From assembly GCA_913020725.1 (NCBI GenBank), contig CAJWCD010000055.1, positions 1-22,092 of the forward strand: DNA of 22,092 bases, written 5' to 3'. This DNA is from an uncultured Pseudomonadota bacterium (lineage in GTDB: Bacteria > SAR324 > NAC60-12). Position numbers and translations under genes: made by a program. This document shows positions 7,976-14,206 of the stretch, in pieces. Positions within the stretch are counted from its first letter, which is position 1. The number at the start of each line of letters is the position of its first letter. A model generated the notes under the pieces. It ran no database searches and was not told where the DNA came from. It saw nothing but the letters and a program-made list of their open reading frames with translations.

Positions 7976-8331
7976 TGCCCGACCAGTCTTTCCCGAAGGC
8001 GGTGCGGTTGCGTCGTCGTCGGGAAATCCGGCGGGTTTTTGCGGAAGGGGTCTTCCGTCCGCTGGGGCTGGTGAGCGTCAAATCGGCTCCGACTGAGCAG
8101 GAGTCGAGCCGCTTTCTGATCTCCATCAAGCGCAAAGTCGGCACGGCTCCGGAGCGCAACCGGATCAAGCGTTTGCTCCGCGAGGCGATCCGGCGGGAGC
8201 GTCACCGACTCACCCATCCCCACGACATCTGCTTCATGGTCACTCGACGTCCGGAGCGGCCCGTGACCCTCGACTATGTGCATCGGCTGATCCGCCGCTA
8301 CTTCCAAGAACTTGTAGAGAACCGCGCATGA
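7975..8331 (+). CDS. rnpA: Ribonuclease P protein component
   Basis: [12 protein letters not shown] and the RNR motif [17 protein letters not shown]; canonical position after rpmH. Confidence 0.95.
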   Translation: MPDQSFPKAVRLRRRREIRRVFAEGVFRPLGLVSVKSAPTEQESSRFLISIKRKVGTAPERNRIKRLLREAIRRERHRLTHPHDICFMVTRRPERPVTLDYVHRLIRRYFQELVENRA

Positions 8332-8597
8332 ATCCCCAATGGAGCCACATTTCAGCAAGCACCGCTCGTGCATTTACCGCAGTACCGATGCTGCTGATCC
8401 GGATTTACCGGAAGTGCGTTTCTTCCTTGTTGCCTCCGTCCTGTCGATTTCACCCCTCCTGCTCACAGTACGCGCTGGAAGCCTACCAGCGGCATGGGTT
8501 GATTCGAGGCACCCGACTGTCGCTTTGGCGGGTGTGCCGTTGCCACCCTTTCCACCCCGGTGGTATGGACCCTGTACCCGAACCCCGTAACTTCTGA
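8328..8597 (+). CDS. yidD: Membrane protein insertion efficiency factor YidD
   Basis: [14 protein letters not shown]...[14 protein letters not shown]; lies between rnpA and yidC. Confidence 0.95.
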   Translation: MNPQWSHISASTARAFTAVPMLLIRIYRKCVSSLLPPSCRFHPSCSQYALEAYQRHGLIRGTRLSLWRVCRCHPFHPGGMDPVPEPRNF

Positions 8598-8614
8598 ACC
8601 GCGCTCATTCTTTT

Positions 8615-10339
8615 ATGGAAAAAAATACCATCCTCGCGATCGCGCTTTCAATTGGCGTCCTTATCACTTGGAACGTCCTCTTTCCCCCGCCTCCCCCGCC
8701 AGAACCACTGCCTGCGGAAACCGTACAGATTCAGGAGGAAGAGGAGGTCGTCGAAGCTACAGCTAGGACGAGGGGTACCTCTGCTGAGACAGCCAGCACT
8801 ACGGCCACTTTTGTGGCCACACAGGAAGTCAGCGAAATCCTGCCCTCCAAGGAGGTGGTGGTGAAAACGCCGAACTACCAGTTGACGGTGGACACGCGGG
8901 GTGGCAAGATGACCAACTTTCTGCTGCAAACGTATCAAAGCACCAAACCGCGATTGACGCTCAGCACATGGTTCCCATTTCTCACAGGAGTGCTGGGCTC
9001 GGATTACAAGGAGGAGAACGGGGACAACCGTGTGGAGATGCTGGGACGGATGATGGAATCCGGCGAGGCATTTTCAGTCGAGTTTGAGGGGGATGAAGCT
9101 AGGACCGCAAAATTCGCACAGACCGTGTACCAGAGCAGCGCAGAGCATCTCTATGTGGACGACGAAGAAACCCAGCAACTTGTGCTGACTTCCCCAGCGG
9201 TGGAGGGTCTCCAGATCGTCAAGACCTTCAGCTTCCGTTCGGACAGCTATGTTTTGGATTATCAGGTGCAGGTGATCAACCGCTCCACCGACTCGCTGCC
9301 ACTCAAGGTGCGGCATTTGTTTGGCGAGAACCGACCTTCCGGAGGCAGTCGTTTTCAGGAGTTTGGGCACAAAGGACCGGTGTATTTCTTCGATGGCGAG
9401 CTGGAATCCGAAACTCCGGACGAGGCGCTCCAGGAACTGCAAGTGCGGAACGCGGACTGGTTTGGGCTGGAGGATCAGTACTTCATTGCCGCTGCCGCGC
9501 CGCTCACACCCGTGCGCTTTGGTTACTTCCAGTCACAACCCAGTGCCACGGCAGTGGAACACGCGCACTTTGGCGCACGCTTGGATTTGATCAACCTCGC
9601 TCCAAATCGGATGGTCGAGTCCGGATTTCAAGTGTACTATGGGCCGAAGTCGGATGCGGAGTTGCAGAAATTCGGGCGGCAGTTGGTGCAGGCGCATGAC
9701 ATGACACTGGAGGAACTGGCCGCACCGTTGCTGGAACTGCTGCACTGGATTTATGGCTATGTTGGCAACTACGGAGTGGCGATCATCCTGCTCACTGTGA
9801 TTGTGCGGATAGTGCTGTTTCCGTTCACCTACAAGGGCATGAAGAGCATGAAACGCATGCAGCAGCTTGCGCCGCGGATGAAGAAATTGCAGGAGAAGTA
9901 CAAGAACAACAAGGAGAAGCTCAATCAGGAGATGATGGGCCTCTACAAGAAGAACAAGGTTAACCCCTTGGGAGGCTGTCTGCCGCTGCTCTTGCAGATG
10001 CCGGTCTTCTTTGCGCTCTACAGTTCGCTCTCCAGTGCAGTGGAGTTGCGGCACGCCCCCTTCATGTTCTGGATCAGCGACCTCTCACAGCCCGATGGTT
10101 TGGGCATCACCCCGCTGATCATGGGCGCCACGATGTTCATCCAGCAACGCATGACCCCACAGAGCGCGATGATGGATCCCACGCAGGCGAAGCTCATGCA
10201 GATGCTGCCGCTGGTGTTCACGGTCTTCACCTTCACCTTCCCTGCCGGATTGACGCTCTACTGGATGACGAGCAACATCCTCTCGATCGGACAGCAGGTG
10301 CTCATCAACCGCATCAAGACTCCAGAAATGCAGGACTGA
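8615..10339 (+). CDS. yidC: Membrane protein insertase YidC
   Basis: N-terminal TM segment, periplasmic domain, GNYGVAIILLTVIVR, NPLGGCLPLLLQMPVFFALY, ELRHAPF.FWI.DLS, PAGLTLYW; 574 aa. Confidence 0.97.
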   Translation: MEKNTILAIALSIGVLITWNVLFPPPPPPEPLPAETVQIQEEEEVVEATARTRGTSAETASTTATFVATQEVSEILPSKEVVVKTPNYQLTVDTRGGKMTNFLLQTYQSTKPRLTLSTWFPFLTGVLGSDYKEENGDNRVEMLGRMMESGEAFSVEFEGDEARTAKFAQTVYQSSAEHLYVDDEETQQLVLTSPAVEGLQIVKTFSFRSDSYVLDYQVQVINRSTDSLPLKVRHLFGENRPSGGSRFQEFGHKGPVYFFDGELESETPDEALQELQVRNADWFGLEDQYFIAAAAPLTPVRFGYFQSQPSATAVEHAHFGARLDLINLAPNRMVESGFQVYYGPKSDAELQKFGRQLVQAHDMTLEELAAPLLELLHWIYGYVGNYGVAIILLTVIVRIVLFPFTYKGMKSMKRMQQLAPRMKKLQEKYKNNKEKLNQEMMGLYKKNKVNPLGGCLPLLLQMPVFFALYSSLSSAVELRHAPFMFWISDLSQPDGLGITPLIMGATMFIQQRMTPQSAMMDPTQAKLMQMLPLVFTVFTFTFPAGLTLYWMTSNILSIGQQVLINRIKTPEMQD

Positions 10340-10389
10340 GGAGATGATACTTCACAAACTGCCGAACCCAATCGCAATAGGTGCGTTCT

Positions 10390-11606
10390 CATAGGTGTTC
10401 GGGATTTAGGATTCATGCTGCGAATTTAAGTTCGTTGTCTTGCAATCGGGGTTGATTCGAGAGTTTGATCGCTTTTTGAGTCAGGGTTCTTTGGGGCCGC
10501 ATCAAGGAGATTTCTCTGTGTCTGTAATTGGGGTCAAAGATTTCGTCGACAAACAGCAGGATTTAGCGGGACAAGGCTTCCGCAGCCTGTGAGGTGTGTT
10601 CGAGAAAGCAGCGTACGAAGTCTCTGGCCAACAAGGCCGCGATCTTTGCGGTTCGCTGGAAAGAGACGGCGAGTCTCCGGTCCTGAGGGAGCCGGTCTCT
10701 GCCGAACTGGAGAATGGCAGCAGAGGCGAGTTGTCCTGCAAGTGAGGCGAGCAGCAGGTTTTGAATGATGAGGGGGTTTCTGGAAGTCATGCGGTCGGCA
10801 TTGAGGGAGGACTTGCAGCCCTTGAAGATCAACTCGACTTGCCACTTGAAGCGGTAGAACGGAGCCGTTCTTGACTCGTGAGAGAAAGAAACCGCCCTCT
10901 TGTTCGATGGCGAGCAGCAGACCGTAATCCCAGTACCCCAGATCAAAGATGCTCAAAAGCCCCTTGCGGCTCTGCATTGGCGGGAAATGATTGCGGTCAT
11001 GAGAACTGGAGGGGGAAAACTCGAACCAAGTCTAATGCTCCGGAAAGCAGGTTAAAGCAGGCATGCCACTTGATTCCCGCTACGCTGAAGGTTCCCGGAA
11101 AAGTGCCCGCTGCGCTGTCGTGAAGATGGAAACTTGTCGAATCGATCACTCAATACCGCAGACTCCCAATGACCGGAACTGCTGCTGCCTACAGTCAACC
11201 CCCTGATAGAGATGACTCATCAAGGCTGACACGGTCTTGAGTAGAAAGGTATTCAGGCACTGCCGTGACAGGCGTTCCCAAAAGGCCTGTGGCTGATTGT
11301 CTGCTACAGACACTCCTTCATCGTACGCCGCAGACTCTCCAGTGAGGCCTGCCTGCTGTCGTGCTGAAAGCTCAACATCAAGTTCGTCACAAATGCGTAG
11401 AGGGTGATCTTTTACGCGCCCGTCCGGCCTGCAAAGCAGGCTCTGGAGCGTTTGTTACATCTGTTTGAGGATGCTAAGCTCTTTCATCGCGGTCTTCCTA
11501 ACTGGTTGGGAGTTGGGAATCCCCCAGTTTGCCACTTACAGCAGGATACCGCCTGTTTTATTTTTACGACACTGATATCGTTGTCTTAAAATAACGAACA
11601 CCTATG
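10390..11606 (-). mobile_element. Decayed IS4-family insertion sequence, 1217 bp, with terminal inverted repeats
   Basis: Left end CATAGGTGTTCGGGATTT (from 10390). Right end reverse complement CATAGGTGTTCGTTATTT (from 11606). 12 bp perfect, 16 of 18 identical. Encloses transposase fragments. No flanking direct repeat seen. Confidence 0.85.
10413..11487 (-). pseudogene. IS4-family DDE transposase pseudogene
   Basis: AGGAAG then ATG 11487 (MKELSILKQM*). VIDSTSFHLHD...FPG...GIKWH (Asp 11141-11143), IFDLGY (Asp 10942-10944), FFLSRVK, a frameshift near 10860, YRFKWQVELIFK (YREK-like signature), in-frame TAA at 10563, DPNYRHR, final TGA at 10413. Confidence 0.88.
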
Positions 11607-11623
11607 ATCATGCTCTATCTCCC

Positions 11624-12112
11624 TTGAACGACCTCTACGAATTTCTCGACACGCACGGCGTGACCTATGATCGGCATGATCACCCGCCGGTTTACACGGT
11701 TGCTGAGTCCAAGCAACTAGTCCCGGAGATTTCTGGAGGCAAGACCAAGAATTTATTTCTACGGGACAAGAAGGGCATGCGCCACATTCTACTGACGATT
11801 GAGCAAGACAAGCGTGTGGACCTCAAGCGTGTTTCGGAACTGGTCGAATCCAGCAAGTTGAGCTTTGGTTCGGCAGAGCGTCTTAAGCAACACTTGGGCA
11901 TTGAGCCCGGAGCAGTGAGCTTGCTCGCCCTCTTCAACGACTCAGACAGGCAGGTGGAGGTGTTCATTGACGAAGACCTTTGGCAGGAAGAGACTTTACT
12001 CTGCCACCCGCTCCAGAACACCAGCACCCTGAGCATCCCTCGGAAGGACATGGAACGGTTTTTCGAGGCGACCGGGCACTCTTTCCAGACCGTCACCGTT
12101 CCCGTATCATAA
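11624..12112 (+). CDS. Prolyl-tRNA editing protein (ProX/PrdX-type, YbaK/aminoacyl-tRNA deacylase superfamily)
   Basis: HPPVYTVAES, KTKNLFLRDKK, LSFGSAERL...LGIEPGAVS, HPLQNTST. TTG start with no obvious SD, so the start is uncertain. Confidence 0.88.
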   Translation: MNDLYEFLDTHGVTYDRHDHPPVYTVAESKQLVPEISGGKTKNLFLRDKKGMRHILLTIEQDKRVDLKRVSELVESSKLSFGSAERLKQHLGIEPGAVSLLALFNDSDRQVEVFIDEDLWQEETLLCHPLQNTSTLSIPRKDMERFFEATGHSFQTVTVPVS

Positions 12113-12141
12113 GAAACTCGAAACTTCAACAAAGGAGAAAG

Positions 12142-13455
12142 ATGAACAGAAAAGCAGATGCTATTATCATTGGAGCCGGAGTGATCGGTGCCGCCGTTGC
12201 GTTTGAATTAGCGAAACGTGGTTACAAAACACTCAATATCGATAAGTTGCCGACTTCTGGATATGGTTCAACGAGTAATTCGTGCGCCATTGTGCGGGCA
12301 AGTTATTCGACTTGGGACGGAGTTGCAATGGCCTATGAGGGCTTTTTCTATTGGGATGATTGGGCTAATTATTTAGGGGTTGAAGACGAACGCGGTATGA
12401 TTAAATACATGAAAACCGGTTCCATTCTGCTCAAACTTCAAGGGGAAGATCATAGCAAAAAATGTTTGAAATTCTATGGTGAAATTGGAATTGAACATGA
12501 AATTTGGGATTTGGAAGCTTTGAAAAAACGAATGCCCATTTATTCGCATGATCAATACGGAGAAACAACACGTCCGGATGAAGACGAACATTTTTTTGAC
12601 AAAACCGGAAAAAAAATCGAGGGTGCGGTTTTTACTCCAGGATCCGGATATGTCAGCGATCCGCAGCTGAGTTCACACAATTTACAAGTCGCCGCAGAAG
12701 CACACGGCGGAGAGTTTTTGTTCGATAGCGAAATCATCGAAATCCGCCAAAAATCCGGAAAAGTAAATGGCGTAACCTTGAAAACTGGAGAGCAAATTGA
12801 TGCGTCGATTGTCGTCAATGTCGCCGGGCCGCATTCTTTTGTGATCAATCAAATGGCGGGTGTTGAAGATCAAATGAACATTAAAACCAAAGCCTTGCGC
12901 CACGAGGTGCATCATGTGCCTTCGCCGGATGGTTTTGATTTTGAAAAAGACGGCTTCCATACTTCGGATGGAAATAATGCAATTTATTTCCGTCCGGAAA
13001 CCGGAAACACCATTCTCATCGGTAGTGAAGACCCGCAATGTGATCCGCAAGAATGGATTGCCGATCCGGATGATTACAATAATCAAATCACCGAATCGCA
13101 ATGGAGAGCTCAAGTTTATCGTTGCGCGCGGCGCATTCCGGATTTGAAAATTCCATCACGGACAAGCGGAATTGTTGACTTGTATGACGTTTCCGATGAT
13201 TGGATTCCGATTTATGACAAATCCGCACTCGACGGATTTTACATGGCCATCGGTACCAGCGGCAACCAATTCAAAAATGCTCCGGTCGCCGGACATTGTA
13301 TGGCAGAATTGATTGACGCTTGCGAAAAAGGGCACGACCATGACGCTGATCCGCTCAAAGTCAAAACCGTTTATACCGGATTAGAACTCAATATGGGGTT
13401 TTATTCCCGCAACCGTGAAATAAATCCGAACAGTAGTTTTTCGGTTAACGGCTGA
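12142..13455 (+). CDS. FAD-dependent oxidoreductase, DAO / sarcosine-oxidase-beta-like family, 437 aa
   Basis: AAGGAG before ATG 12142. Rossmann motif IIIGAGVIG, GSTSNSCAIVR, VVNVAGP, YDVSDDWIPI, GTSGNQFKNAP. Visibly more AT-rich than its neighbours. Confidence 0.9.
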   Translation: MNRKADAIIIGAGVIGAAVAFELAKRGYKTLNIDKLPTSGYGSTSNSCAIVRASYSTWDGVAMAYEGFFYWDDWANYLGVEDERGMIKYMKTGSILLKLQGEDHSKKCLKFYGEIGIEHEIWDLEALKKRMPIYSHDQYGETTRPDEDEHFFDKTGKKIEGAVFTPGSGYVSDPQLSSHNLQVAAEAHGGEFLFDSEIIEIRQKSGKVNGVTLKTGEQIDASIVVNVAGPHSFVINQMAGVEDQMNIKTKALRHEVHHVPSPDGFDFEKDGFHTSDGNNAIYFRPETGNTILIGSEDPQCDPQEWIADPDDYNNQITESQWRAQVYRCARRIPDLKIPSRTSGIVDLYDVSDDWIPIYDKSALDGFYMAIGTSGNQFKNAPVAGHCMAELIDACEKGHDHDADPLKVKTVYTGLELNMGFYSRNREINPNSSFSVNG

Positions 13456-13471
13456 CGACAAAAGGTGAACT

Positions 13472-13720
13472 GTGAAAACCGCACACTTGCAGGAGGCAAT
13501 GCTCGGATGGAGACATGATTTTCATCTCCATCCTGAACTGGGGTTCAAAGAACACCGGACTGCGGAAAATGTTGCAACTTTGCTGGAAGAATTCGGAATT
13601 CAGGGTTTGAACCTTGAAACCGGAATGGAGTTTGGTTTTGCCAAGTTTTTCTCAAAAGCGTCCAAAATACCCCGTCTGCTTGCAGCGGGGATTTTTTTAT
13701 TTGATGAAAATATTTTTTAA
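13472..13720 (+). pseudogene. Truncated M20D amidohydrolase (hippurate hydrolase-like) N-terminal fragment
   Basis: WRHDFHLHPELGFKEHRTAENVATLLEEFGI is the M20D N-terminal motif. Resemblance ends near 13600 and the frame runs through a hairpin to a stop at 13720. Full-length family members are about 390 aa. Confidence 0.8.
13664..13702 (+). terminator. GC-rich hairpin with T-tract (intrinsic terminator, REP-like palindrome)
   Basis: AAAATA-CCCCG-T-CTG-CTTG-CAG-CGGGG-ATTTTTTTATTT. Confidence 0.65.
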
Positions 13721-13918
13721 GCAAGCCCTAATTATTTGTGGCTGTCTCAGCCTCACCACTTTACAGGGTGAATTTTTTTAAAGACAGGCACAGCACTCTA
13801 GGGCAGGGCTACCAGAAAATACAAACCGCACAACAACTTTAGTCTGGAATAACGGAGTTGATATTGCTCCTAAAGATTTATACTTGCAGCCATATTCAAT
13901 TTGAATTGAAAGGAGATT

Positions 13919-14206
13919 ATGAGTTTTCAACTGAGCTGCCCGAACTGCGGAAAGCGCGCCGTCAGCGAGTTTGCCTTCAGAAGTGAAGTGCTGGAGCGAC
14001 CCTCGCAAGACGACGATTTCCGGAAATGGGCTGAGTATGTGTATCTGCGTCGCAACCGCTGGGGCAAGCAGATTGAGTGGTGGTACCACCGAGGTGGCTG
14101 CCAAAGCTGGTTTCTCGTGGAGCGAGACACCGTGAATAACACTGACCACCGCAGCTTTTGGTACAAAGACCTCCAGCAGGTTCTGGCCACAGAAGAGGAG
14201 GGCTAA
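13919..14206 (+). CDS. soxD: Sarcosine oxidase family subunit delta
   Basis: Zn ligands CPNCG...WWYHRGGC; EF; W..YVYLR.N; RDTV. AGGAG at 13911-13915. Confidence 0.92.
   Translation: MSFQLSCPNCGKRAVSEFAFRSEVLERPSQDDDFRKWAEYVYLRRNRWGKQIEWWYHRGGCQSWFLVERDTVNNTDHRSFWYKDLQQVLATEEEG

Noticed and set aside
7816..8373. 185-aa minus-strand ORF
   Set aside because: It is antisense to rpmH and rnpA, which are unambiguous.
10344..10394. Short ORF MILHKLPNPIAIGAFS after yidC as a remnant of jag or mnmE
   Set aside because: No resemblance to either N-terminus, and GAGGAG directly abuts the ATG with no spacing.
11980..12141. N-terminal extension of the FAD oxidoreductase ORF
   Set aside because: It overlaps proX. 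The SD AAGGAG and the Rossmann motif place the start at 12142.
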